From NCBI GenBank assembly GCA_965199955.1, contig CBDATQ010000002.1, positions 736,001 to 800,000 on the forward strand: DNA of 64,000 bases. The letters run 5' to 3'. A program made the translations under genes and the position numbers. Below, piece by piece: positions 50,163 through 60,444 of the stretch (position 1 is the first letter of the stretch; each line of letters begins with the position of its first letter). Below the pieces are notes generated by a model. The model was not told the origin of the DNA. It did not search any database and saw only the letters and a list, made by a program, of their open reading frames with translations. This DNA is from Spirochaetia bacterium. Its GTDB lineage: Bacteria > Spirochaetota > Spirochaetia > SZUA-6 > Bin103.

Positions 50163-51203
50163 CTACGAGCCGGTTTTCGAGCCTTCCTTTCCGGACGTGC
50201 TCTCCGGACGCTTGAACAGCCCGTCCAGCGTGTCCTTGATCGAGTCGATCCCGCCCCAGACGGTCTCCTTGGCCTTCTCGAACCCGTCCTGATAGCTGCC
50301 GGCCGCTTCCTTGAAGTCGGCGGCCGCGTCGTCCGGCTCCTGGCCGCGGCGCACGTAGTCGCCGTCCAGGACCGCTTGGTAGGAGCCGGCGGCCACCCAG
50401 GTCTTGAGTTCGGCCAGGCGCAGCACGGCGAACGGATGGCGCTGGCCGAGCAGGTTGAGCACCTTGTAGACCTGATCCAGGAAGCCGGAGTCCTTGCGGT
50501 ACTCCTCCGCCTGCTCGAAGAACGCGCCGATGTTGAGCTGGCTGGTGTCGCCGCCGCCGGCCAGCTTCATCAGGAGGTCGTAGCTGCCGCCGGTCTCCTG
50601 GCAGACCAGCAGTCCCGCCCGGTCGGCGCTCAGCTCGCTCTTGCGGTCCCACTCCAGCAGCGCCAGCAGGATCGGCAGCACGATGAGCTGGCCGACGCGC
50701 ACGTAGGACAGCGACACCTGCAGCAGCATGGCCAGGAGCGTCTTGTACAGGGCATGTCCGCTCAGGCAGTGACCGAGCTCGTGGCCGATCACGGCGATCA
50801 GCTCGTCATCGCCCATGGTGTGCACGATGGAGCTGGTCAGCGTGATGAAGGGCTTGTCCACGCCGATGATGGTGCCGTTCAGGATCGGATGCTGGACGAT
50901 GTACAGCTCCGGCGTGTGCTCGGCGTCCAGGCAGGCGCTCGCCTCCCGCAGCAGCACGTTGATGCGCGGGAACTGGCGGTCGTCGACACGCACGGCCGAG
51001 GCGAGGTGCAAAAGGCGCAGCGACCGCTCGGTGGTCGAGCCGATGAACTTGCGCAGCAGCTCGTCGAATCCCGGGATCTTCTTCAGGGCGTTGAGCGCGG
51101 CGCGGTCCGCCGGATGCTCCCAAGTGCGCGAGCTGATCTCGGGAAACGAGCGCTTCCCGGCGCGTCCACGCATCACGACTTCGCTGCTGCCCTGCTCGGC
51201 CAT
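50163..51203 (-). CDS. M48 family metallopeptidase
   Basis: WEHPAD, GHELGH, ELSADRAG, HPF..R. Confidence 0.88.
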   Translation of the reverse strand: MAEQGSSEVVMRGRAGKRSFPEISSRTWEHPADRAALNALKKIPGFDELLRKFIGSTTERSLRLLHLASAVRVDDRQFPRINVLLREASACLDAEHTPELYIVQHPILNGTIIGVDKPFITLTSSIVHTMGDDELIAVIGHELGHCLSGHALYKTLLAMLLQVSLSYVRVGQLIVLPILLALLEWDRKSELSADRAGLLVCQETGGSYDLLMKLAGGGDTSQLNIGAFFEQAEEYRKDSGFLDQVYKVLNLLGQRHPFAVLRLAELKTWVAAGSYQAVLDGDYVRRGQEPDDAAADFKEAAGSYQDGFEKAKETVWGGIDSIKDTLDGLFKRPESTSGKEGSKTGS

Positions 51204-51302
51204 GGCCCCCCCCTCCCGCGCCCGGCCGGCACGGGTACGGGGAAAGGTACGCCGGGGCAGGGGAGGGGGCAAGGTTGCCGGAGTACCGGTACACTGCCGC
51301 GG

Positions 51303-52064
51303 ATGGCGACCGACACATCCGCCGGAGGGCTCACCGGCGCTCGCAACCGCTACGGGGACTTCATCATCGACGCCGGCAGCCTGCCGGAGACCGCCTCCGA
51401 GTTCTCCGAGCAGCTCGGCCGGGCACTGCCGGGCTGGCGGTCCGGCCACAAGGTGCTGTGGCTGGAAGTGCCGCTGTATGCCACCGCGCTGATCCCGGTC
51501 GCGGTGGCGGCCGGCTTCACCTTCCACCACGCGCGGCCGGAGGCGCTCACGCTCACGCTGGCGCCGACGCCGGACAGCTTCGTCTACCCGAATCCATCAC
51601 ATTACGTGGGCGCGGGCGGGGTGGTGGTCGACGACCGCCGCCGCGTGCTGGTGGTATCGGAGCGCTTCCGCGGCAACATGAGCCGGCCCTACTACAAGCT
51701 CCCCGGCGGGCTGCTGCACCACCGCGAGGATCTGGCAGACGCGGTGACGCGCGAGGTGCTCGAAGAGACCGGCGTGCGCACGCGCTTCCTGTCGATCAAC
51801 TCGATCAGGCACCGCCACACCGGGGCGTTCGATCACTCCGACCTGTACATCGTCTGCCGGCTGGCGCCGCTCAGTCGGGAGATCGTCATCCAGGCCAGCG
51901 AGATCGAGGAGTGCTTCTGGATGCCGGTCGACGACTATCTCACGTCGGAGGACGTGCATGACTTCAACCGCCGCATCGTCCGAGACGCGCTCGCCAATCC
52001 CGGCCTGCCGTACTCCTCCATCGTGCCGGACGCCGAGGTCTTCATGGCGGACGGGGCCGGCTGA
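51303..52064 (+). CDS. Nudix hydrolase (NUDT6-like, with N-terminal extension)
   Basis: GFTFHHA, KLPGG..AVTREVLEETG. Confidence 0.85.
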   Translation: MATDTSAGGLTGARNRYGDFIIDAGSLPETASEFSEQLGRALPGWRSGHKVLWLEVPLYATALIPVAVAAGFTFHHARPEALTLTLAPTPDSFVYPNPSHYVGAGGVVVDDRRRVLVVSERFRGNMSRPYYKLPGGLLHHREDLADAVTREVLEETGVRTRFLSINSIRHRHTGAFDHSDLYIVCRLAPLSREIVIQASEIEECFWMPVDDYLTSEDVHDFNRRIVRDALANPGLPYSSIVPDAEVFMADGAG

Positions 52065-52083
52065 GCACGACGGACGCTGCCTG

Positions 52084-52576
52084 CTACCTCTTCACCGAAC
52101 CGATCATCGCTCCCTTGACGAAGTACTTCTGCAGGAACGGATAGAGCAGCAGGATCGGGGCGGTCGCCACCATCGTCGTGGCGAACTTGAGGGTGTCGGC
52201 GATCCGCTCGTGATCGCCCATGGAGCCGGCATCGCCGCCGTCGATCTTCGCGGACTCCTCCAGGCAGGTCGCTGGCGATCCGGTAGGCTCGGTAGTACTC
52301 GTCGTGGGACACCGGCCGCGACTCGTAGAGCATGCCGCCGAGCGTGCCGTGGTTGGAGACGATGTAGTTGAGCTGGGCGACGTCGCTCATGATGGTGTCG
52401 AGGTAGGACTTCATCTGCTGCAGGAGCAGCTCGTTGGCGCGGCTCGCCTCCTGGGTAAGGATCGAGCGGGCGCGGTTGAAGACCAAGGAGCTGAAGGCGA
52501 CCCGGACCATCAGGAACGAGAGCAGGTAGGTGTAGAACAACCGGCCCTTGTGGCGTGAGCCCCGCAACCCTTGCAT
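52084..52576 (-). pseudogene. Collapsed remnant: sensor/AraC-type regulator N-terminus joined to ABC permease pieces
   Basis: LFYTYLLSFL..LLQQMKSYLD, then LEESAKIDG, then [29 protein letters not shown]. Confidence 0.7.
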
Positions 52577-52732
52577 ACGCGGTTCCAACCAGTCTGCCGG
52601 GCACCGCCGTACATCCTGAAGTGTCCGCCTGCGCGGGAGTCGTTCGCTATGGCGCGGCAATCAGGATCTGGGTCGTCACAGCTTGCTTGAAGCGTGGCCG
52701 CAAGGCTGTGGACTGTGCAAGGGGGGCACCGG

Positions 52733-53413
52733 TCAGGAGGGCTTGAGGTCGCGGCGGCCGACGACGCTGCAGATCGGGCAGTCGGCCGGCCGGTGACGGC
52801 GCGCCGGGCAGTGGGTCCGGCCAAAGATGATGATCTGCAGGTGCAGGCGGCTCCAGAGCCGCTGCGGGAAGGTGCGCTTCAGGTCGCGCTCGGTGCGCGC
52901 CACGCTGCGGCCCGGCGAGAGCCCCCAGCGGTACGCCAGGCGGTGGATGTGGGTGTCCACCGGGAAGGCGTCCGCGCCGAACGCCTGCGCCAGGACCACC
53001 TGCGCGGTCTTGGGCCCCACGCCGGGCAGCGCCTCGAGCTCCTCCTGCGTGCGTGGCACCCGGCCGCCGTGCCGTTCCAGCAGGATGCCGGAGGTCTCGC
53101 TGATGCTGCGCGCCTTGCTCGGCGCCAGCCCGCACGGCCGGATGATGTCCTCGATGGTGGCGACCGGCAGCACGGCCATCGCCGCGGGAGTGGATGCGCG
53201 GGCGAAGAGCGCCGGGGTGATCTGGTTGACCTTGGCGTCGGTGCTCTGTCCGGACAGGATCACGGCCACCAGCAAGGTGAACGGGTCACGGTGGCGGAGC
53301 GGGATCGGCACATCGCCGACCAGGTCTTCGAGCGCCTTGCCGATGAACGCGGCCTTGGCGGAACGGCTGCGCCGGTCGACGGCCGGGGCGGCCGCCAAAG
53401 TCGCTCTGGTCAT
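52733..53413 (-). CDS. nth: Endonuclease III
   Basis: LLVAVILSGQSTD, LPGVGPKTA, VDTH, Cys cluster near C-terminus. Confidence 0.92.
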   Translation of the reverse strand: MTRATLAAAPAVDRRSRSAKAAFIGKALEDLVGDVPIPLRHRDPFTLLVAVILSGQSTDAKVNQITPALFARASTPAAMAVLPVATIEDIIRPCGLAPSKARSISETSGILLERHGGRVPRTQEELEALPGVGPKTAQVVLAQAFGADAFPVDTHIHRLAYRWGLSPGRSVARTERDLKRTFPQRLWSRLHLQIIIFGRTHCPARRHRPADCPICSVVGRRDLKPS

Positions 53414-53460
53414 CGTGCGGGGCGGACTATAGCATCGCCCGCACGGCAGGGAGGCGAGGA

Positions 53461-53967
53461 ATGGAGACGGCGACGCTGGGCGGCGGATGTTTCTGGTGCG
53501 TGGAGGCGGTCTACCAGCGCATCTCCGGCGTGCGCCGGGTGATGTCGGGCTACGCAGCGGGCAAGCAGCGCAACCCCACCTACGAGGCCGTGTGCACGGG
53601 CCGGACCGGCCACGCCGAGGTGGTGCAGATCGAGTTCGACGAGAAGCTGCTGTCCTACGGCGACGTCCTGGAGGTGTTCTGGAAGGCGCACGACCCGACG
53701 ACCCTCAACCGCCAGGGTGCCGACGTGGGCACGCAGTACCGGTCGATCATCTGCTACCACGACGAGCGCCAGCGCGAGATCGCCGTGCGCTCCAAGGAAC
53801 AGGCGGGCGAGCGGTTTCGCAAGCCGATCGTCACCGAAATCGTGCCGCTGGAGGCGTTCTATCCGGCCGAGCGCTACCACCAGAACTATTACAACCAAAA
53901 CCGCCGCGCCGGCTATTGCCGCGTCGTGATCGCCCCCAAGCTCAGCAAGCTGGGAATGCCGTCGTAA
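53461..53967 (+). CDS. msrA: Peptide methionine sulfoxide reductase A
   Basis: GGCFWC, GHAEVV, QYRS, AERYHQNY. Confidence 0.95.
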   Translation: METATLGGGCFWCVEAVYQRISGVRRVMSGYAAGKQRNPTYEAVCTGRTGHAEVVQIEFDEKLLSYGDVLEVFWKAHDPTTLNRQGADVGTQYRSIICYHDERQREIAVRSKEQAGERFRKPIVTEIVPLEAFYPAERYHQNYYNQNRRAGYCRVVIAPKLSKLGMPS

Positions 53968-54005
53968 GAAAGTAAGGACGGCGAGCACCGGAGCGCCCGC
54001 CGTCC
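53966..54005 (-). terminator. Terminator between msrA and binding-protein gene
   Basis: GGACGGCG..CGCCGTCC hairpin followed on minus strand by TTACTTTCTT. Confidence 0.65.
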
Positions 54006-54052
54006 CAACGTGGCTGAGCTGGCCCGGCCGGCTCAGACCGCCTCGGAGCCGA

Positions 54053-55867
54053 TCAGTTCGTCGGCATCGGCAGCGCGCCGGAGAGGATGTCCGCCACCAG
54101 CGGCGCCTTCTGCAGCTCGTCGATGACTTCCTGGCCGCCGTTGGCCAGCCACTGCTCGACGAACCCGGGCCATTCGGCGTCGATGTCGATCGAGCTGTCC
54201 GTCACCCACTTCCACCAGGTCTCCTCGCGGAAGGTCTGCAGGTTGCCGCCGTAGCGGGCCCAGAGCTTGACGTACTCGGTGCGGTTGAAGATGTCCTCGC
54301 GGTGGTCCCGCACGGCGATCTCCATCGGGTACGGCTCGCGCAGCATCATGGCCCAGTTGAAGCCCTGCGCCGAGTTGATGGTCGCCCCGCCGGCGGCCTC
54401 GATCGGGATCCCGGGCTTCATCTGCGGGCACTGCCAGAACAGGTCGTGCCAGCTATAGGCGGTGTAGACCAAGCTGGTGCCGTTGCTGTGCCGCTCGATG
54501 GTGGGGGTCCGCACCAACTGGGCGACGCTGCAGTCACCGGGAGTGCCGAGCCAGGCATAGTTCTGGTTTTCGGCGAACGGGCCGCCGACCCCGTAGCCGA
54601 CGGCGAGCACACCCTCGGGGTCGTGATTGATGTAGTCGTACATCTGCAGGATGCGGGCCAGCTTCTCGTCGGAGACACCGGTCTTGACGCTGAAGCCCTC
54701 GTGCGGATTGAGCACCGTGGAGCGGTTGTCCCACTGGCAGCGCATCTCACCGGTCGGGCCGTATGCCGGCAGCATGGTCACGAAGCGTGCGTCGGGCACC
54801 GCGTCCCTGCGGATGATCGTGCAGTCGTCGTTGCCGCCCGTGAAGGCCGCCAGGCCGCACGGACCGCGCGCCCACATGCCGACCAGCCCGGCACGAACCT
54901 GTTGGCGCCACTCGTTGCGGCCGACCGCCGGCAGCGCCGGGTCCAGGATGCCGTCGGCGAACCAGCGCTGCAGGATCTTCAGCGCCTCGCGCGACTGGCT
55001 GGCGATGTCGACCTTGACGGTCAGCCCGGTCTCGATGTCCAGGTAGTTGTCGACGTCGTTGAGGCCGTAGGCCCAGAACGGGACCGCCGGGCCGGAGTGG
55101 TACAGCCACTCGCGTCCCTGGAACCCGCCGTGATCGCCGATCGTCCCGTACGGGATTTCGTCACGCTGGCCGTTGCCGTTGAAGTCGGCGTCGCGGAAGC
55201 CGTACATGGCGGTTTCCATCTCGTCCCAGTCGAGGTGCCCGGCCCACCAGAAGTAGGTGTCTGGCGCCGTCGGCTCGCCAAGGTCGACCATCTCCCCGGC
55301 GCGGTCCCAGCCCGGCGCCTTGGGATCCAGCTCGGCCGGGTTGAGGCCGACCTGCTCCAGCCAGTCCAGGCGCATGATCAGGGTCGCGTCGCAGTGGTGC
55401 TGGTAATGCTCCCCGCGCGGGATGTTCATGTACTCGTCGGTGGTCCCCGGCGCCAGGCTCACGCCCCAGGCCAGCGGCCCCTGCTGGCTCCGGTAGGCGG
55501 AGTGCAGCGGCGCGTAGGTCTCGATCATCTCGCGCGGGATGTTGCGGAACGCGCCCTTGTGGTACCAGTCGACCATGTCGATCCAGGTGTAGAACGCCTC
55601 CGGATACTCACCCGAGGACATGAAGAGCTGCTTGGCTTCCTCGTCCGAGCGTGACACGCCCTTGGTCACGATGGTGACGTTGAACTTGTCCTCCAGGAAT
55701 TCCTGAACGGCGTTGTTCTCCTCGGCCATGTCCGAGGTCAGGCCGCCCCACGAGATGGTCATGTGCTCGTCGGTGGTGAACGAGAGCCGGTCGGTCTGGC
55801 CCTCCGCGAACGCCCAGCCCGCTGTCAGGAGCAGGCCGAGCGCGATGGCGAGAGACTTTCGTTGCAT
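54053..55867 (-). CDS. Large extracellular solute-binding protein (paralog of 12187-13998)
   Basis: Signal peptide ..WAFAEGQ; EDKFNV, RLDWL, LQRWFADGILD, VSDEKLA, DIDAEW. Confidence 0.85.
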   Translation of the reverse strand: MQRKSLAIALGLLLTAGWAFAEGQTDRLSFTTDEHMTISWGGLTSDMAEENNAVQEFLEDKFNVTIVTKGVSRSDEEAKQLFMSSGEYPEAFYTWIDMVDWYHKGAFRNIPREMIETYAPLHSAYRSQQGPLAWGVSLAPGTTDEYMNIPRGEHYQHHCDATLIMRLDWLEQVGLNPAELDPKAPGWDRAGEMVDLGEPTAPDTYFWWAGHLDWDEMETAMYGFRDADFNGNGQRDEIPYGTIGDHGGFQGREWLYHSGPAVPFWAYGLNDVDNYLDIETGLTVKVDIASQSREALKILQRWFADGILDPALPAVGRNEWRQQVRAGLVGMWARGPCGLAAFTGGNDDCTIIRRDAVPDARFVTMLPAYGPTGEMRCQWDNRSTVLNPHEGFSVKTGVSDEKLARILQMYDYINHDPEGVLAVGYGVGGPFAENQNYAWLGTPGDCSVAQLVRTPTIERHSNGTSLVYTAYSWHDLFWQCPQMKPGIPIEAAGGATINSAQGFNWAMMLREPYPMEIAVRDHREDIFNRTEYVKLWARYGGNLQTFREETWWKWVTDSSIDIDAEWPGFVEQWLANGGQEVIDELQKAPLVADILSGALPMPTN

Positions 55868-56000
55868 GTCTTCTCCTTGTTGATCGTGCGTCGCTGATTG
55901 CGCGTCGCACGTGATCGGTCATCCCCGGCGGCGGCCCGGGCCGGGTCCGGTGTGCACGGTTAACAGTAACGGCGCGCGAATCCCCCGCGGTGATCGCGCC

Positions 56001-56924
56001 TCATCCTTTCAACGATCCCAGCATCACCCCCTTGGCGAAGTACTTCTGTATGAACGGGTAGATGAAGATGATCGGCCCGATGGTGATGACGATGGTGGCC
56101 GCCTGTACCGCCTCCGGCGGGAACGGCTCGATGTCGATGCCGGCCAGCCGCATCTGCTCCCACCAGTCCTGCAGCACGGCAACCTGCAGGTCGGCGATCA
56201 GATCGCGGATCATGAGCTGCAGCACGCGCAGGTCCTTGTCCGGCGAGTAGATCATGGCATCGAACCAGCCGTTCCAGTGTGCGACCGCGGCGAACAGTGC
56301 GATTACGGCGATCATGGGCTTGGACAGCGGCGCGATGATGCGCCACAGCACCTGCCAGTAGGAGGCGCCGTCGATCACCGCCGAATCCTCCAGCGCCTGG
56401 TCGATGGTCATCAAGAAGTTGCGGGCGATGATGATGTAGAAGACGTTGACACCGATCACGGTCGCGCTGCCGAGCGAGATGGTCAGGATCAGCCGCGTGT
56501 TGATCAGCTCGAGTCCGCGCACCAGCAGAAAGGTGGGGATCAAGCCGCCGTTGAAGAACAAGGTGAGGATGTAGATGGTGGTCAGCACCCGCCGTCCCGG
56601 AAGGTCGCGCTTGGCCAGCGCGTAGGCGCCCGTGAAGGTGACGAACAGGATCCAGGCGCTGCCCGCCACGACCCGGAAGATGGTATTGAAGTAGGCCAGC
56701 CCGACCCGCTCCTCCTCGACCGCGTAGCCCCACGCCTCGGTGCTGAACCGTCCCGGGAACAGATGGAATCCGAGCCGGTAGATGTCCTCCGCGGCGGAGA
56801 ACGACTGCACGATGATCGTCCAGAACGGGTAGATGAAGGTCAGGCTGAGCAGGAAGAAGCCGCCGTAGTTGCAGACGTCGAAGATCAGCCCGCCGACCGA
56901 CCGTTTTCCGACTACCGTAGGCAT
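56001..56924 (-). CDS. Carbohydrate ABC permease (LplC/MalG-like)
   Basis: EDSAVIDGA, YPFIQKYF. Confidence 0.92.
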   Translation of the reverse strand: MPTVVGKRSVGGLIFDVCNYGGFFLLSLTFIYPFWTIIVQSFSAAEDIYRLGFHLFPGRFSTEAWGYAVEEERVGLAYFNTIFRVVAGSAWILFVTFTGAYALAKRDLPGRRVLTTIYILTLFFNGGLIPTFLLVRGLELINTRLILTISLGSATVIGVNVFYIIIARNFLMTIDQALEDSAVIDGASYWQVLWRIIAPLSKPMIAVIALFAAVAHWNGWFDAMIYSPDKDLRVLQLMIRDLIADLQVAVLQDWWEQMRLAGIDIEPFPPEAVQAATIVITIGPIIFIYPFIQKYFAKGVMLGSLKG

Positions 56925-56934
56925 CGGTCCGCCG

Positions 56935-57915
56935 TCACCAGACCCCGTAGGCGCCGTAGCCCAGGCGCCGCAGCACCCAGTTGGCCAACAGCAGCACGGT
57001 CAGGCCGGCGACGTTCTGAAACAGGCCCACCGCGATCGTGTAGTCGTACTGCGCCTGCACCACGCCGGCCCGGTAGATGAAGGTGCCGAAGATGTCCACC
57101 TTGTTGATCACCGAGGCGTTGGACATGTTGAAGATCTGGTCGAACTGCTCGTCGAACAGGTTGGCGACCTGCAGCAGCAGCAGGATCGTCATCACCGGCA
57201 CCAGCGCCGGCAGGGTGATGTGCAGGACCCGCTGGAAGCGGTTGGCGCCGTCGATCTCGGCCGCCTCGTACAGGTTGGGATCGGCCGAGGCCAGCGCGGC
57301 CAGGTACAGGATCGTCGCCCAGCCGACGGTCTGCCAGATGCCGGTGACCACGATCAGACCGCGGAAAGTAGGCTCGTGGGTCAGCCAGTTTATCGGCTCC
57401 AGACCGAGTTGCACGAAGATCCAGGCGATCGGACCGCGCTTCAGATTGAGGATCTGCGCGAAGATGCCGCCCAGGATCACCCAGGAGACGAAATGGGGCA
57501 GGTAGCTGACGCTCTGCACCGTCCGCTTGTACCAGGTGGCCTTCATCTCGTTGAGGAGCAACGCCATGATGATGGGGGCGGGGAAGGCGAACACGATGCG
57601 CAGCACGCTCAGCCAGACCGTGTTCAACAGCACCCGGCCGAAGAACGGGTCGGTGACCATGCGCTTGAAGTGGTCGAAGTTGTTCCAGGGGCTGCCGAGC
57701 CAGCCGTTGTGCAGGCTGAAGTCCTTGAACGCCAAGCTCAGGCCGTAGATCGGTACGTAGCGCCACAGGATCAGCATTGCGAGCGACAGCGACAGCAGCA
57801 GATAGATCGGCCGCATGCGCAGCGCCCGCGCGATGGTCTGGCGCCGGAGGATGCGCCGGTAGTCGCTCCCGGCGGCGCCACCGACCGCCCGCTCAACCGG
57901 CGCCGTGCGTGCCAT
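56935..57915 (-). CDS. ABC permease (LplB-like)
   Basis: YLPHFVSW, YEAAEIDGA. Confidence 0.92.
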   Translation of the reverse strand: MARTAPVERAVGGAAGSDYRRILRRQTIARALRMRPIYLLLSLSLAMLILWRYVPIYGLSLAFKDFSLHNGWLGSPWNNFDHFKRMVTDPFFGRVLLNTVWLSVLRIVFAFPAPIIMALLLNEMKATWYKRTVQSVSYLPHFVSWVILGGIFAQILNLKRGPIAWIFVQLGLEPINWLTHEPTFRGLIVVTGIWQTVGWATILYLAALASADPNLYEAAEIDGANRFQRVLHITLPALVPVMTILLLLQVANLFDEQFDQIFNMSNASVINKVDIFGTFIYRAGVVQAQYDYTIAVGLFQNVAGLTVLLLANWVLRRLGYGAYGVW

Positions 57916-57918
57916 GGA

Positions 57919-59061
57919 TCAGGAATTCACCTCGTGCTCGCGTATATAGTCGAAGTCGATGTCGTCCCCCAGGCCGGGGCGCTCCGGCACGTGCACGTAG
58001 CCGTCGGTGTCCAGGGGGTCGTAGTGGCTCTTTTGCCACGGAAAGGGGACCTCGAAGTCGCGCATCGGGTGCACCAGCCCGCGCTCGTAGTACTTGCCGT
58101 TGATGCCCATCGCGCACAGAACGTGCATGTTGTCCGGTCCGCCGCTGTGCACCTCCATGCGCATGCCGTAAGCCTCGGCCAGGTGGATGGTCTTCATCAT
58201 CTGCGTGATACCGCCGGAGCCGGCGGCCGCCCGCAGCATGTCACAGCCGCCTCGCTCGGCCCACTGTACACGGGTCAACGCCCCGTTCTCGGCGTGCTCG
58301 GGACCGCAGATCGCCAGGTCGTCGAGCTTGCTGCGCAGCCAGACGTAGCTGGCCAGCCGCGACTCGTTCATGGGCTCCTCGATCCAGACGTACCCCAGGC
58401 GCTGGCACTCCCGGGCCAGGTAGAGCGCCTCGTGGCGGTCGTAGTGGTGGTGGGCGTCCAGCATCAGGTCGATGTCGGGGCCGACCGCCTCGCGCACGGC
58501 CGCGCACAGCGCCGCCTCGTGCCTGACGTCGGGCTCCGGGATGATCGGCGGCATCCAGGTGTGCAGCTTGACGGCGCGGTAGCCCTGCGCGACGAGCTGC
58601 TTGGCGAACGCCGCGTACTCCTCGATCGTGCTCAGGCCGCCGGGGACGTCGTCGCCCGGCATGGTGCTCGCGTAGGCCAGCACCTTGGTGCGGGCGGCTC
58701 CGAGCATCTTGTAGACGGGGATGCCGAGCGCGCGGCCGGCCAAGTCCCACAGGGCGTTGTCGACCTGGCCGATCGCCATCTCGCCCAGGTTGGTGAGCTT
58801 GCCGATGCGCTGCATGCGCTGGTGCAGCATCTCGCGGAAGAACGGATCCTCGCCGATCAGCGCCGGCTTCAGCAGGCCCTCGACCAGCTCGGGCGTGCAG
58901 CCGCCGCAGATGAAGTAGCCCTCGGCCCCCTCGTCGGTGACCACTGTGAGCAGGCGGTTGGTAGCCCAGTGCTCGTCGCCGATGTGGGGGTGGCCCTCGT
59001 AGTCGCGGACGGTCCGGGTGCGGAAGCGGAACGTGGTCAGCTTGAGGTTGGCGATCTTCAT
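57919..59061 (-). CDS. Mandelate racemase/enolase superfamily protein
   Basis: DNALWDLAG, AVKLH, MLDA, WIEEP, PGLG. Confidence 0.9.
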   Translation of the reverse strand: MKIANLKLTTFRFRTRTVRDYEGHPHIGDEHWATNRLLTVVTDEGAEGYFICGGCTPELVEGLLKPALIGEDPFFREMLHQRMQRIGKLTNLGEMAIGQVDNALWDLAGRALGIPVYKMLGAARTKVLAYASTMPGDDVPGGLSTIEEYAAFAKQLVAQGYRAVKLHTWMPPIIPEPDVRHEAALCAAVREAVGPDIDLMLDAHHHYDRHEALYLARECQRLGYVWIEEPMNESRLASYVWLRSKLDDLAICGPEHAENGALTRVQWAERGGCDMLRAAAGSGGITQMMKTIHLAEAYGMRMEVHSGGPDNMHVLCAMGINGKYYERGLVHPMRDFEVPFPWQKSHYDPLDTDGYVHVPERPGLGDDIDFDYIREHEVNS

Positions 59062-59077
59062 CGTCCGAGGATACACG

Positions 59078-60370
59078 TTACGGAATCTCGCGGATCGGCT
59101 CCCTCGGGTCCGTCGCGCCGCGGACGCCCACCGCCGCCCAGTGCAGGGTCGGCGCCACGATCAGGGCGGCCATGGCCCACAGGGCGGCCGGGATCGACGC
59201 CCACTCCAGCACCGCGCCCACGCCGGCCGAGCCTGCGGCGCCCAGCAGGGTGAGCGCGGCGTGCTCGGTGGCGATCACCCGGCCGCGCAGCTCCTCCGGC
59301 ACGGTCTCCAGCAGGAGCTGGGTGCTGAATACCCAGACCAGGCCGCCGCCGACCCCGCGCAGGGTGGAGCCTGCCAGCACCAGCGCGAAGCTGGCTAGCG
59401 GCGCGGCCAGCGCCAGGGCCGCGATCATGGCCGCGTAGCCGGCGAGCATCGTCAGCCGCATGGCGCGCTGGTCGTCCCCGATCAGCCAGCGCGCCACCAC
59501 CGGGCTGAGGCCGGAACCAACTCCGCCGGCGGCGAACAGCAGGCCTAGCGCGATCCCATCGCCCTGTCCGACGGCGATCGCGGTGCCGGCGATCGCGACG
59601 CTCGCGACCTGGAACCCGGAGAAGAAAAACAGCAGGAAGCCTTTCTGAAGCGCCACGGCCAGCACGTGCTGCTGCCGCCACAGGTAGCGCAGCCCGTCGG
59701 CATACGCGCTGGCGCCGGCGCGCACGGCCGACCCCACGCGCGTCGGCTGGCCGCCGGGGGCGGCGGAACGTTTCGGGGGCGTGTACGGCATGCGTACCAG
59801 CAGCACGGCGGGCACGTAGGTGGCGGCGTCCACGATGAACGCCGCCTGGATGCCGAACAGCCCGGCGAACACGCCGCCGGCCGCTGCGCCGACCGTCATC
59901 AGCGTCGACCATGTCACCGAGGTGAGCGCGTTCGCCGCGCCCAGCATGCGGCGGGTCGCGACTTCCGGCAGGATCGCCACCCGCACCGGATAGAACACCC
60001 CGCTGATGCCCACCTGGACCGCGGTCAGCACGAACAGCAGCCATATCTGACCCGGTGTGCGGACCAGCAGGAAGCCCAGCACCACGGCGGCGCGCAGCAG
60101 GTCGGTGACGATCAGGATGCGCTTGCGGTTGAAGCGGTCGCCGAGCACACCGGCCAGGGAGCTGGACAGGAAGGCGCCGAGCATGCGGATGGCGAACAGG
60201 GCGCCGACCGCCGCGCCGGCACCGGTGAGCTGCGCCAGCAGCGACGCTGACGCGATGGTGTTGAACCAGTCGCCGAACAGGCTGGCGATCTGGGCGAACC
60301 ACAGCAGGCGGAACGCTCGATTGGTGCGCAGCAGCTCCCCGTAGCCGCCCGTCCCGGTCCGACGCGACAT
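59078..60370 (-). CDS. MFS transporter
   Basis: FRLLW..SLFGDW, GVLGDRFNRK motif A, many TM helices. Confidence 0.9.
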   Translation of the reverse strand: MSRRTGTGGYGELLRTNRAFRLLWFAQIASLFGDWFNTIASASLLAQLTGAGAAVGALFAIRMLGAFLSSSLAGVLGDRFNRKRILIVTDLLRAAVVLGFLLVRTPGQIWLLFVLTAVQVGISGVFYPVRVAILPEVATRRMLGAANALTSVTWSTLMTVGAAAGGVFAGLFGIQAAFIVDAATYVPAVLLVRMPYTPPKRSAAPGGQPTRVGSAVRAGASAYADGLRYLWRQQHVLAVALQKGFLLFFFSGFQVASVAIAGTAIAVGQGDGIALGLLFAAGGVGSGLSPVVARWLIGDDQRAMRLTMLAGYAAMIAALALAAPLASFALVLAGSTLRGVGGGLVWVFSTQLLLETVPEELRGRVIATEHAALTLLGAAGSAGVGAVLEWASIPAALWAMAALIVAPTLHWAAVGVRGATDPREPIREIP

Positions 60371-60444
60371 GCGGGCGATCCTAACGGTCGCGGCCATGCT
60401 TCGTGCGAGCGCCGGCGCCGGTTAGGATCCGCGGCCAGGAAACG

